This document shows positions 8,780 through 19,422 of a DNA stretch of 64,000 nt, piece by piece. Every line of letters begins with the position of its first letter. The first letter of the stretch is position 1. Under the pieces are notes generated by a model. It did not search any database. It was not told the origin of the DNA and worked only from the letters and a program-made list of their open reading frames with translations. Origin of the DNA: a virus (taxonomy: Duplodnaviria > Heunggongvirae > Uroviricota > Caudoviricetes); the IMG/VR virus record IMGVR_UViG_3300023707_000001; one strand, written 5' to 3'. Both the position numbers and the translations under genes were made by a program.

Positions 8780-10507
8780 TTGGTTAACAAGTATGTAAAA
8801 AGGAAACCGCCAGCAAATGGCTTCACCCTGCAGGATGTAATTGAAATATCCGCGGTAAGCCAAATTCCTCAAGTTCTTATTGCGGCCATGGCAAATCGTG
8901 GTTTTTCCCCTGCCGAAGTAAAGGATATTATTTTAAACGATAATCCTGCTCAAACATTAATCACAACCCCTCTGCGGGGAGCCGAAGATGCGGCAGAAGA
9001 AATCCTTAATCACATTAAAAAGGGTGATGCTATTGGGATTTTCGCCGATTACGATTGCGACGGGGTAACATCGGGCTTTGTAATGTATGAAGGCCTTAAT
9101 GAAATCATAAAACATCTTGACTCTGTAAGTAAGATTGGGGTATACTATCCACAGCGCAGTGAAGGCTATGGACTTAATATGGACTATTGCCAAAAGGCAG
9201 TAGAGCATAAAGTCGGCCTTGTAGTAACGGTTGATAACGGCATCACCGTAAAGGAACAATGTAATTTCCTTAAAAAACATGGCATTAACCTTGTTGTTAC
9301 TGACCATCACGAACCGATTAAAACAAAACTTCCGAATTGCACAATCGTTGACCCGTGCTTTTCTGATATTGACCGCAGCTATATGGCGGGCGTGGCAGTC
9401 GCTTTTAACGTAATCCAGACTATGGCAAACAAAGTAAATTGCAAGTTGGATATGGAAAGACTTTATCCCGCAGTAGCTATCGGCACCATTTCGGACTGCA
9501 TGCCAATGTGTTATGAAAATTCGGCTTATGTAAAAATTGGTCTGGGGCTTATCAACAATGGTGAAGCAGGGAAGTTCCTGTCCATGCTTAAAGGTGATAA
9601 TCCGTTAGACTATACGCCGACAGATATTTCCTTTAGCATCGCCCCGCTTATCAATGCGGCATCCCGCATGGGCGACACCAGGATTGGGGCGGCAGGGTTC
9701 CTTACGGATGACGACAGTAAAATCTCGGCAATTATCCGTAGTCTGCAGGAGCTCAACAAAAACCGAAAAGAAATCACTGACAATGCAAGAGAAGTTGTTT
9801 CTCATATCGATCCGAAAGACAATCGAATCATTTGCTTTAATGGTGCCAATTACGGTAAGGGAATCCACGGTATTATTGCCGGCGAAATTTCCAAACGCTT
9901 TCCGGATTATCCGGCGTTTGTTTACAACATAAAACCGTTTGATGGAAAAGATGTTGCAGCAGGCTCTATCCGCTGTGCAAATGCTGGCCTTAATTGCATG
10001 GAAATGTTTGACCAGCTGAAAAAACGTGGGATTATCCGTATGGTTGCAGGGCATGCTTCTGCCTGTGTATTGGAAGTCTATGCCGATAAAATGGGAGAGT
10101 TTGTAGCAGAATTTAATTCCATGTATGACAATATGGAAATTCCACCCACGGTAAAAGAACTGGATGCCTCCATCACGATTAAGGAAGCAACCAACAACCA
10201 GACGCTTATCGCACTCAATAAAATCCCGTTCACGGCGCAGGAAGAACCGCTCTTCGGTATTTCCAACGTAATGATTAATGACGTGTACGCCTCCAAGAAC
10301 AATCCTGAAAATGTCCGCTTTACGCTTGCCGATAGTACAGGGTATAAGCAGGCGTGGGCATGGAAGTTTGGTTCTCGTTATAAAGAACTGGGAGAGCCGA
10401 CACAGGTTCATCTTGTCTGCACCATCACGCAGGATTTTATGAACAAACGCTCGCCGAAAGCAACGATTAAGATAGTAGATATGATTCCGGTTAGAGTACC
10501 GGCTTAA
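8780..10507 (+). CDS. recJ: RecJ-like single-stranded DNA exonuclease (DHH family)
   Basis: DYDCDG, TVDNG, TDHH, AIGTISD, APLINAASRMG, GIIAG, GSIR, AGH motifs. Confidence 0.92.
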   Translation: MVNKYVKRKPPANGFTLQDVIEISAVSQIPQVLIAAMANRGFSPAEVKDIILNDNPAQTLITTPLRGAEDAAEEILNHIKKGDAIGIFADYDCDGVTSGFVMYEGLNEIIKHLDSVSKIGVYYPQRSEGYGLNMDYCQKAVEHKVGLVVTVDNGITVKEQCNFLKKHGINLVVTDHHEPIKTKLPNCTIVDPCFSDIDRSYMAGVAVAFNVIQTMANKVNCKLDMERLYPAVAIGTISDCMPMCYENSAYVKIGLGLINNGEAGKFLSMLKGDNPLDYTPTDISFSIAPLINAASRMGDTRIGAAGFLTDDDSKISAIIRSLQELNKNRKEITDNAREVVSHIDPKDNRIICFNGANYGKGIHGIIAGEISKRFPDYPAFVYNIKPFDGKDVAAGSIRCANAGLNCMEMFDQLKKRGIIRMVAGHASACVLEVYADKMGEFVAEFNSMYDNMEIPPTVKELDASITIKEATNNQTLIALNKIPFTAQEEPLFGISNVMINDVYASKNNPENVRFTLADSTGYKQAWAWKFGSRYKELGEPTQVHLVCTITQDFMNKRSPKATIKIVDMIPVRVPA

Positions 10508-10531
10508 GAATAAGATACAGGGGGTTAAGAT

Positions 10532-11362
10532 TTGAGCATAAAAATTCCAGAAAAAGAAGTCGACGTCATGGTCCAAATGTACAATGCTGGAAAAAATACA
10601 ACTCAAATTGCGGAGGCCTTACACCGGGATAGACATGCAGTATCGAGAAATTTAAAGAAGCGTGGCGTTGATGTTAAACCCACTCAATTTACGCAAATTA
10701 GTAAAGATTTTGATAAAAAGTATTTCGACAAAATCGATACTGAACAAAAGGCGTACATATTAGGCTTGTTGTTTGCAGACGGCACCTGTAATAAGTATGG
10801 CTCAACGTCGATACAGTTACAGGAATGTGACAAGTATATTTTAGACGAAATAAAAGCAGAAATGAAGCATGGCGGAAAAATAATAAGAATCGCCCAGAAA
10901 CAAAATTTCAAAGAATGTAAAAAGTCTAAAACGAGATATCGGTTTACCGCGTCCTGCAAATATATGACAGAAAAACTAATACAAATGGGGATGAGAAGTA
11001 AGGAACACATCCCCGAAATGCCAAAAGAAATGATTCCTCACTTTTTAAGAGGGAATTTTGATGGCGACGGGTGTATATATGTGCCTGAAAAACCAAGAAG
11101 TAAAAGTGATGGTTTGTTTTATTTCATGGGGGAGCAAAGCTTTTGTGCTGATATTGTAAAATATTGCAGAGAGAATAATATATGTGATTTTACAAAAATT
11201 GACAAGAGAAAAGGCATATACCAAATTAGGAAAAGCGGAAACAAGCAGGCCATGAAGAATATGTATGGTCTTCTTTATAAAAATGCAAAAATCTATATGA
11301 AAAGGAAGAAAGAAAAATGGGACTTGTACATGAAACGGAATCCGGAGTTATTGCAGGCATAA
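10532..11362 (+). CDS. Free-standing LAGLIDADG homing endonuclease with N-terminal HTH
   Basis: AYILGLLFADG and HFLRGNFDGDG motifs; AT-rich; overlaps the dnaE start. Confidence 0.85.
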   Translation: MSIKIPEKEVDVMVQMYNAGKNTTQIAEALHRDRHAVSRNLKKRGVDVKPTQFTQISKDFDKKYFDKIDTEQKAYILGLLFADGTCNKYGSTSIQLQECDKYILDEIKAEMKHGGKIIRIAQKQNFKECKKSKTRYRFTASCKYMTEKLIQMGMRSKEHIPEMPKEMIPHFLRGNFDGDGCIYVPEKPRSKSDGLFYFMGEQSFCADIVKYCRENNICDFTKIDKRKGIYQIRKSGNKQAMKNMYGLLYKNAKIYMKRKKEKWDLYMKRNPELLQA

Positions 11363-13493
11363 TAAAACAGGAGCACGAGGATAGGCCTGAAATAAAAGAC
11401 TTCGTTCACCTCCATGTTCATACAATTTATTCAACCTTAGATGGGTTGTGTAAACCGGACGTGTTGGCCGCTCGCGCAAAAGAACTGGGTATGAAGGCCG
11501 TTGCGGTGACCGACCATGGTCATTGTGGTTCTGCGCTCGCCTTTCAGACGGCCATGAAAAAACAGGGGATTAAGCCGATTCTTGGTGCAGAACTTTACTA
11601 TACGCCGGATATGAAAATTGCGGCCATGGAAAAAGAGGACCGCGATGCATGGGGTATCCGTGAAGTCTTAAAAGACCAGGAAGCAAGAAACCATTGTGAT
11701 TGGGGTATCACCAAGAAAAAGGGCGACAGAAAAACCCTGGACGAATATATGTTGATGTTGCTGGCAACCATCAAAGATGAAACCAAGCGTGACATTAAGA
11801 ATGTATCGCTGGAAGCCATAAGAGAAGTATTTAATAAAGATGAAATCTCTGCATTTAAGCGCCTTAATGCAGGCATCTTTGAAGAGTTTGCTTACGACAT
11901 GCGCCAGTACCATTTGATTGTGCTGGCCATGAATCAGACGGGCTGGAAAAACCTTGTAGCAATCCAATCGATTGCTTCCCGTGAATGTCAGTATAATAAC
12001 CGTGCGCTCACTGACCTTAATCTCCTTAAAAAATACAACGAGGGGCTTATCGTGGCCACGGCATGTGTCGGCTCAATCTTTAGCCGCTACGTACAGAAGC
12101 GCAGACCTGACCTCGCTGAACAAGCACTGTTTGAATTCAAGGAAGTGTTCGGCGACAGATTTTATCTTGAAATCCAGCCCATCGCAATCCCGCAGCAGAT
12201 GATGACCAATCCATTCTATATGGAAATGGCCAAGAAACATGATATTAAGACCATCGCTACAACCGATACGCATTATGTCTTTAAGGAAGACCATGAAGTG
12301 CACGACGCTTACATGTGTATCAGCACGGGCCGTTATCTGGATGACAAGATTGATAAAGAACGCTGGCTCGAAAAACATAAAAGCGGTAAAACGGAATACA
12401 AGGGGCGCATGAAATATACCAACGATTACTGGCTCCGTGACATCCCCGAAATGATTGATGCCTTCCTTGTGCAGGAAGATTACGGCAAGAACTTTTTCTC
12501 GGAAGGAAATCAATTATCCATCGAAGAATACCGCAAATATTGGATTGCCGCAATAAAGGAAACAGCAAAGGTTGCAGACCGTATCGAAGATAATATTCTG
12601 ATTGGCTCGGCAACAACTCTTTACCCAAAAGTAAAGGATATCCCCAAAGGTTTTACGCCGGACAGCTGGCTCACCGCACAGGCTGTAAATGGTTTGGTCC
12701 AGTATGCCGATAAGATGAAAAATGCTGGCACGCCGATTGACTTCAAGGTTTATTCCGACCGTCTTTTTGATGAGCTGGCCGTTATTAAGACGAAGCATTA
12801 TGCAGACTACTTCCTCGGTGTGCAGGAATACACCAACTGGGCAAACTCCATCAATCCGGAAACGGGCCTGCCGTTCTGTGTTACGGGACCGGGCCGCGGA
12901 AGTGCAGCAGGAAGCCTTGTCCTCTACATGCTCGGTATAACGAAAAATATCGACCCGATTAAATTTAACCTGATGTTTGGTCGATTCCTCACCATGGATA
13001 GAGATACACCCCCCGATGTGGATACTGACTTTTCATGGAAACATAGACCACTTGTTATTAACCATCTTGAAGATGTATACGGTGAAGACCATGTATGTCA
13101 TATCGGCGCCTGGACAACAGAATCCATTTATACGGGTATCAAAGACTTTGCGCGCGTTCTTGCTCGTCCTGTAAGTGTAGCTGATAAGATTAACAAAGAG
13201 CTGCAGGCAATCTGCAATAGCGATCCGAAAGCATGCTTTAAGATGTTTGACGGGATGAAGGAATCTAATCCCGAAGGATACAAGCGCTTTAAAGAACTCG
13301 AGGAAAGCGAACCGCAGGTATTTAATTATGCCAGACAATGTGAAGGCGTTATCCGTCAGTGGACAACGCACGCATCCGGCGTTATCGCTTGTCCGGAAAG
13401 TCTCATTGGACTGGTCCCGACACGATACGATACTAAAGAAAATACCACAGTGGCACTTTTCACTGGTGTGGAATGCGAAGAGATAGGCCTCAT
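11317..13493 (+). CDS. dnaE: DNA polymerase III alpha subunit, exon 1 (PHP domain and palm)
   Basis: HLHVHT.YSTLDG, TDHG, GPGRGSAAGSLV, PDVDTDF, HASG. Spliced CDS = 11317-13493 + 14949-15189 + 16958-18298 = 1252 aa. Confidence 0.93.
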
Positions 13494-14948
13494 TTAATGT
13501 CAGATTTGGTGAGGGATAAAGCGGGTAATATGCTGGAACCCCTAAAGACCTATTTACCACAACGAAATCACATAACAGATGATAAACGTGAAGGTTATGA
13601 AAAACAATAGTGTATGAACCGTCCTGGTAGGCCAGGCTCCGGTGATGAAATGGGCAATCAGCAGGCACGATAAGTTCCGCCTCAGAGAGTATGGGAATAT
13701 CCCACTGCTATATGGGTGACTGTATAGTAGATCCCCGATAAGGTCATTAGACCGAATGATGTACTCCGAACTTATGGGAGACCATAAGATCTAAGCAGAA
13801 ATGACTTAGAAATTACATCTTTGGAATTATTAAGCGCAAAAACATTAGTAATGGTCCGTTTAGAAAGGACTGGTACTAATGACCGCTAAAATTCCGTCTA
13901 ATTTAATACTGGAAGATATAAGACGAGTTATTGCCGAAACAGGCAGTACAAAATTCAAGGATTACAAGAGTAAAGGCAAATATTCAGAATGCGCCGTCAC
14001 GAGGGTAATTGGTAGCTGGACTAAATTTTTGAAGTCAGAAGGGTATGTAAATGCTTATCACCACGGCGTATCAAAAAAAGAACTTGTTGACGATGTAAAA
14101 AGCGTATTTGCCAAAACAGGAAACACAAAACAGGAAAACTATATTCGAAATGGAAAGTTTTCAAGGGCTGTTGTTAAGAGACTATTTGGTTCATGGAACA
14201 AAATGCTGTGTGAACTTGGATATCAGGTTAATATGTTAAAACCAGGACAATATACAAAAGAAGGAATCCTGGAAAACTACAAGGAATTAAAAAAGGACTT
14301 TGGTCGTCCGTTAAGCGCAGCAGAGTTTCGGAAATATGGTAGATATTCTCAGCCAATAATTGACAGGGTCTTTGGTTCTTTTACTAATATGAAAAGAGAA
14401 CTCGGAGAATTGGTTGATGGGCGTTTTGTGTCAAATGAAGAGCTAGAGAAAGATATTAGACAACTATACGAAAAATATGGCGTATTGTCCGAGGAGATAA
14501 TTGGTCAGGAAGCAATCTTGTCATACCCAACCATATTGGCCAGATATGGTACTCTGGATAATTTATGTAGTAAGCTAAAAATACCACAAGGGCCGCTAAG
14601 GAACAAATCAAAATTCCTGATTAAGTGTTTAACAACAATAAAAGAACACCTTGGCAATGAATACGTATTAGAAAAGACCTTCCCATGGCTTCGAAATCCT
14701 GCAACAAATAGGCCAATGTTTATCGATATATTTTATCCAAAGCTAAAATTAGCCATAGAAGTTGATGGCGGGCAGCACCGTGAGATTTGTATGTACACGC
14801 CAACACAAGATGCGCTAAAAAGAATTCAACAAAGGGATAAGGCAAAGGATAACTTGCTGTTGAAAAATGGTTATAAAGTTATTCGTCTAAACAAATCTTC
14901 CTCGTCTTACATAGAAAAAGAATTAAAAGATGTAATTTAACAAAATCG
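13494..14948 (+). mobile_element. Group I intron 1 in dnaE
   Basis: Exon ends in U and intron ends in G. P1 CCUCAU/GUGAGG with U.G pair. P10 TGTCAGATTTG matches the 3' exon CAAATATGACA at 10/11 positions. P/Q/R/S-like core (ATGCTGGAA, AATCAGCAGG, AGAGAGTA, GTACTCC). Splicing restores GLIKYDILGL. Confidence 0.92.
13879..14940 (+). CDS. Intron-encoded homing endonuclease (helical repeats plus Vsr/DUF559-like nuclease)
   Basis: Repeated ~60-aa units (..R.FGSW..) and C-terminal FPWLRN...IDIFYPKLKLAIEVDGGQH; ends 8 nt before the terminal G. Confidence 0.8.
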   Translation: MTAKIPSNLILEDIRRVIAETGSTKFKDYKSKGKYSECAVTRVIGSWTKFLKSEGYVNAYHHGVSKKELVDDVKSVFAKTGNTKQENYIRNGKFSRAVVKRLFGSWNKMLCELGYQVNMLKPGQYTKEGILENYKELKKDFGRPLSAAEFRKYGRYSQPIIDRVFGSFTNMKRELGELVDGRFVSNEELEKDIRQLYEKYGVLSEEIIGQEAILSYPTILARYGTLDNLCSKLKIPQGPLRNKSKFLIKCLTTIKEHLGNEYVLEKTFPWLRNPATNRPMFIDIFYPKLKLAIEVDGGQHREICMYTPTQDALKRIQQRDKAKDNLLLKNGYKVIRLNKSSSSYIEKELKDVI

Positions 14949-15189
14949 CAAATATGACATCTTGGGCCTTAAAACCCTGGATATCATCGAAGGCACGTTG
15001 TTGTCAATTGACAAAGACTTCAACTGGCTCTACGATACCGTAACTATGAATGATAAAAAGACATTCAAAATGATTCGTGATTTAAAAACGGATGCGGTAT
15101 TCCAGATTGAGTCCGACATGATGAAAGGGCTTGTAAAAGACATTCAGCCGGATAACATAGAAGACCTTTCGGCTCTTGTGGCGCTCGGT
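14949..15189 (+). CDS. dnaE: DNA polymerase III alpha, exon 2
   Basis: KYDILGLKTL...VFQIES...LSALVALG, carrying the third catalytic Asp region. Confidence 0.92.
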
Positions 15190-16957
15190 TAACCAGGACA
15201 GGCCGAGGATAAAGCGGGTAATATGCGGGAACCCCTAAAGACTTGCACACTACAACGAAATGTTATCATAATAAACATAAGCGTGACAGTTTTAAAAAGA
15301 AGCAAGTATGAACCATCCTAGTGGGCTAGGCTCTGGTGATGAAATGGGCAATCCGCAGGCACGATAAGTTCCGCCTCAACGAGTATGGGAATATCCCATT
15401 GCTGTATAGGTGACTGTATAGCAAATCCCCGATAAGGACAATAGTCCGAATGATGTACTCTGAACTTATGGGAAACCATAAGAATTAAGCAGAAATGACT
15501 TAATCGAAAGCGAAGATAGAAATGACTAAACAAGAAATAGCTCAAAGATTACAACGAGAATACAAACAATACGGGAAAGTTGACGCAAACAAACTTAATA
15601 ATAATGAATATAATTTTTACATGGAAATTCTTGAAAAGTTTGGAGCCATGTGGAGGGCTCTAAGGTTTGCGAACATCCCGCAGAAAGTTCCTGTAATAGG
15701 AATAACGAAAGAAGAATGCATTGAAGAACTTCGGCGCCTACAAAAAGAACACGGCAAAGTTACTACTAAAATAATAAAAGACTTCTCGTTCGTCAGTGTC
15801 GTTAAGTTCCATAAGACTTTCGGTTCTTTGTCGGCAGCGAAAGAGGAAGCAGGCATTGCGAACCTCCAGCCAAAGATAGATAAAAGAAAACGAATTATAA
15901 AGTGCTTACAGGATATGTATAAAGCAGACGGTAGGGTAGACTCTTATAAACTTAAAGCCCAACATAGCGGAATATACAAAGATATTTTGCAGGAATATAA
16001 TGGCGGTTTGTGGAGGGCCTTAAAAGACGCAGGAATTCAACAGGACTGTTTAGTTGCGAACTTAACAAAACCAGAAGCAATAGAAGAACTGCAACGGCTA
16101 TATAAAAAGCACGGAAAAGTAACAAAAGATATAATAGATGAATACGGGATTATGTCTTCGAGTCTTGTTGGATGTTTATTTGGTGGTATCCAAGCTGCCT
16201 TAGTCGAGGCGGGGATAGAAAAACGCGTTGTTGGGCAAAGAAAGAATATCTCTAAGGAAGAACTCGATGCTGAAATATTTCGTCTGGTGGCGAGATATGG
16301 ATATATCAGCAAGCCAATGATGGAAAAGCATTCAACCATTAACTATAAAGTCGTTAATAGGATATACGGCGGCTTTAAGAAAATGTATGACGAACTAGGA
16401 GTCCCTCATAGTAAAAATGGAAGAACCCCAACCGACGAAGAGCTAATTGATGAGTACCTAAGGATATGCAGTGAGTTTAAAGAGGTGACTCAAGATATTA
16501 TAACTCAGGAGTCCGAATACTCGACAACCTGTTATAAAGATAGGTTTGGTTCACTAAATAAACTTAGGGAAAAGCTAGGAATGAAGCCTAACCCAAACGG
16601 CGTCAGAAAATCTTCAAAAACAGCAGCATGGTGTATAAAAAAGTACGAAAAATTTTTAAAGCGCAAAGCTGTAAAAGAAAAATCATTTCCATGGCTAAGG
16701 AATAAAGAAACCGGGAAAAAGCTTAGAATAGATGCTTACTTCGAAGATTTAAAAGTTGGTATTGAATATAATGGTCCACAACATTATATAGACACTCCTT
16801 TATATTACAAAAATAAAGGCGAACTTGAGCACCGCCAAAAATTAGATAAATTAAAAATCGAACTGTGTAAACAACATGGTATAAAAATCATTTCTGTCAA
16901 ATACGACGATAAAGTCACAAACGACTATATCAAACAATCGCTTTTGTAACAAATTTG
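15190..16957 (+). mobile_element. Group I intron 2 in dnaE
   Basis: P1 CUCGGU/GCCGAG. P10 CCAGGAC pairs with exon GTCCTGG. Terminal G at 16957. Core nearly identical to intron 1. Splicing restores ALGRPGPM. Confidence 0.92.
15522..16949 (+). CDS. Intron-encoded homing endonuclease (helical repeats plus Vsr/DUF559-like nuclease)
   Basis: About six repeats (TKEE.I.EL.RL...GKV...FG....A) and FPWLRN...IDAYFEDLKVGIEYNGPQHY. Confidence 0.8.
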   Translation: MTKQEIAQRLQREYKQYGKVDANKLNNNEYNFYMEILEKFGAMWRALRFANIPQKVPVIGITKEECIEELRRLQKEHGKVTTKIIKDFSFVSVVKFHKTFGSLSAAKEEAGIANLQPKIDKRKRIIKCLQDMYKADGRVDSYKLKAQHSGIYKDILQEYNGGLWRALKDAGIQQDCLVANLTKPEAIEELQRLYKKHGKVTKDIIDEYGIMSSSLVGCLFGGIQAALVEAGIEKRVVGQRKNISKEELDAEIFRLVARYGYISKPMMEKHSTINYKVVNRIYGGFKKMYDELGVPHSKNGRTPTDEELIDEYLRICSEFKEVTQDIITQESEYSTTCYKDRFGSLNKLREKLGMKPNPNGVRKSSKTAAWCIKKYEKFLKRKAVKEKSFPWLRNKETGKKLRIDAYFEDLKVGIEYNGPQHYIDTPLYYKNKGELEHRQKLDKLKIELCKQHGIKIISVKYDDKVTNDYIKQSLL

Positions 16958-18298
16958 CGTCCTGGCCCGATGGGCGCAGGCTCACATAAGCAGTACGCTG
17001 AGTGGAAAAAAGACCCATCAAAACGTGAAGAATATCTGCCGAATATCGAAAACATCTTGGAGAGAACCTCTGGCGTAATCTGTTATCAGGAACAGCTCAT
17101 GCTTATCTCCAAACAGGTTTCCGGGTTTAATGACGGTCAGGCAGACTCTATTACGCGTAAGGTTACGGCAAAGAAAAAACTCGATATGATGCCGATGATG
17201 CGTCGCTGCCATATTTACGGCAAAAAGAACTGTGAAGGTCCAGAAGGATGGGAAAACGACAATAATGCTCCGTGGTATGACCCGGATGGGCATTATGGCC
17301 CGGAAATTCCCGGCGCAATCGCAAATGGTTATACGGCAGAACAGATGGACAACTACTTTGCGAAAATCCAGAAATTTGCCGAATATGCGTTCAACCAGTC
17401 TCACTCTGCCTGCTACGCATATATTTCTCTTCTTAGTGCTTATCTGAAATCACATTATCCGTCCCAGTTTATGGCCTCTGTAATTTCCATGGCACAGACG
17501 GATGAAAAGAAAGAAAAATACATGAAGGCCTGTGAAGACCTCGGCATTAAAATCACGCCGCCGAATGCAAATCTTTCCAAAGAAGGTTTTACGGCAACGA
17601 GCGACACAACCATTTCTTATGGTCTTTCCTCTATTAAGGGAATCAAGCAGACGGCAGATATTATTGCCAATGCGCCTTATAAAGACCTTGAGGATGCATA
17701 TAACCGCATTCCAAAGAAATCCTTTAATAAGAGAGTAGCGGAAGGACTCATTAAAGCAGGCGCTTTTGATTTCGTCAATCCGAACCGCAAGGAACTGCTA
17801 AACGCATATATCACGCTTACCAATGAGGGAAAGACGAAGAGTCAGCAGCGTGAACTTTTAGAGAACACAACCTATGACCGTCTGGAATGCATGCAGATGG
17901 AAGTGGAAACCCTTGGCCGCTCCATTACTTACGAACCGGCATGGAAAGGTGCCCTTGCAGGCGAACCGCTTGAAGGCAATTGCACGCTTAAGGGAATCAA
18001 ACACCACATTGCAAAAACCAGCGGTAAACGCATGGCCATGCTTACGGTCGTAAATGAAACTTACGCTATTGAAGCACTTCTCTTCCCGCGCGAGTATCCT
18101 AAATACATGAACCTCCTGAAAAGCTATGAAGATGGCCAGTTGGTTTACATTAAGGGAGTCATGGACAAGGAAGGCAAGAAACTTATCATAAACAGCATCA
18201 GCGCACCGCAGATTGAAAATGAAGAGCCGGAAAAAGCAGTGAATACGGCTGGCATGCCGGAATTTAACTTTGACCCGTTTGGCTTCAGCGCTGCGTAA
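16958..18298 (+). CDS. dnaE: DNA polymerase III alpha, exon 3 (fingers, HhH, OB)
   Basis: RPGP, GVICYQEQ, YAFNQSHSACY, YLKSHYP, GLSSIKGI, LIKAGAFD. Confidence 0.93.
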   Translation, partial: RPGPMGAGSHKQYAEWKKDPSKREEYLPNIENILERTSGVICYQEQLMLISKQVSGFNDGQADSITRKVTAKKKLDMMPMMRRCHIYGKKNCEGPEGWENDNNAPWYDPDGHYGPEIPGAIANGYTAEQMDNYFAKIQKFAEYAFNQSHSACYAYISLLSAYLKSHYPSQFMASVISMAQTDEKKEKYMKACEDLGIKITPPNANLSKEGFTATSDTTISYGLSSIKGIKQTADIIANAPYKDLEDAYNRIPKKSFNKRVAEGLIKAGAFDFVNPNRKELLNAYITLTNEGKTKSQQRELLENTTYDRLECMQMEVETLGRSITYEPAWKGALAGEPLEGNCTLKGIKHHIAKTSGKRMAMLTVVNETYAIEALLFPREYPKYMNLLKSYEDGQLVYIKGVMDKEGKKLIINSISAPQIENEEPEKAVNTAGMPEFNFDPFGFSAA

Positions 18299-18368
18299 TA
18301 ACCTAAAAGGCAGGTAATATAGGAATCGTACCAGTCAAGTTAACTATCGAGCAGAAAGGAAAGAATGC

Positions 18369-18650
18369 ATGATGGAAAAACCCGATCAGGTAACGATTCA
18401 GAAATCTATTGAGGCTTCCCTGAAGGTGCTGGAAACCATTGGTGACCCGACCGTAGTCAATGAAGCCAAAAAGATTGAAGAAAATGTAGGCAAGATGGTT
18501 CAGATTAACCGTCCCATGGTTGAAGCTTACGCTGCAGAGCTGAAAGCTTTTGACCAGGGTTTGGTTGCCAAGTACGGCATGAAGGTTGCCCGCGTCATCG
18601 AGGGCGTTATCCTCGTAGCGCTGGCAGTAAAGACCTTCTATCTGGGGTAA
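18369..18650 (+). CDS. Hypothetical protein with C-terminal TM segment
   Basis: 93-aa ORF with RBS, followed by a terminator at ~18662-18692. Confidence 0.6.
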   Translation: MMEKPDQVTIQKSIEASLKVLETIGDPTVVNEAKKIEENVGKMVQINRPMVEAYAAELKAFDQGLVAKYGMKVARVIEGVILVALAVKTFYLG

Positions 18651-18716
18651 TTTGCCAAAAGAAAAAAGGCTGGAGCAATCCGGCCTTTTTCTTATTCTTA
18701 AAAAGGAGTCGGTAAG

Positions 18717-18932
18717 ATGCGGCCAACAATACTTAGTGATGACCCGTATATTGGAGAAAAGCGGGAGCTTATTGAAAAAATCCGCAACATCTGTCATGCG
18801 GGCGGAGATACAGGCAGAGCACTCTATGAGCAGATACCAGAGTTTGAACACAGTGAAGGGCCAAACGGAGAATGGATTTACCTGAAACCTGTTAAAGATG
18901 GCTTTTACGGATGGGCAATCCCGGAATGGTAA
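18717..18932 (+). CDS. Hypothetical protein
   Basis: 71-aa ORF with AAGGAG RBS. Confidence 0.55.
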   Translation: MRPTILSDDPYIGEKRELIEKIRNICHAGGDTGRALYEQIPEFEHSEGPNGEWIYLKPVKDGFYGWAIPEW

Positions 18933-19141
18933 GAAAAGACACCGAAAGCGAATCAATTAAGACAAAATTTGATAAACGGCAGTAAAAGGTCCCTACTTTG
19001 GGGCTTTTTATTTTTGAAAAAAACTTTTTTGGAAATGTTTATATGACGAACACTATCTGTAATGTCGGGGTGGGATTGAGCAAAACAGTATACTTTTTTC
19101 TTTCCGCGCATCTTCACTTAAAGGAAAGAGGTGGCAAGGTT

Positions 19142-19405
19142 TTGTTTAAGCAACTTCTTAAAGCGCTTTTCTATGAAAATGGAGAAGCCAGTTTATCCAA
19201 GGTGCTTACTGCTCTGTATTTTTTGCTGTTTGCAGGGGTAAGCATCTATCTCGTAGCGTATGGCATTCATTGGCAGAGCTATGAGATTTTCTCAGCCTTT
19301 GCCGGCGGTGGTGGCGCTGTAGCACAGGTTTCGCATAAGTTTATTAACAGCAAATACAATTCGGTTCCGGGCGGCTTTGAAGCAAACCAAGTCGAACGGA
19401 AGTAA
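19142..19405 (+). CDS. Putative holin-like small membrane protein
   Basis: Two hydrophobic segments and a charged C-terminus; GAGGTG RBS before TTG 19142. Confidence 0.5.
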   Translation: MFKQLLKALFYENGEASLSKVLTALYFLLFAGVSIYLVAYGIHWQSYEIFSAFAGGGGAVAQVSHKFINSKYNSVPGGFEANQVERK

Positions 19406-19422
19406 CCGTGAGGATTTTAAGT

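Noticed and set aside
11317-18298. dnaE as a pseudogene, split intein gene or stop-codon-recoded gene
   Set aside because: The interruptions have group I P1/P10 pairing and terminal G, and splicing restores frame and motifs. No intein motifs are present, and other genes are full length in code 11.
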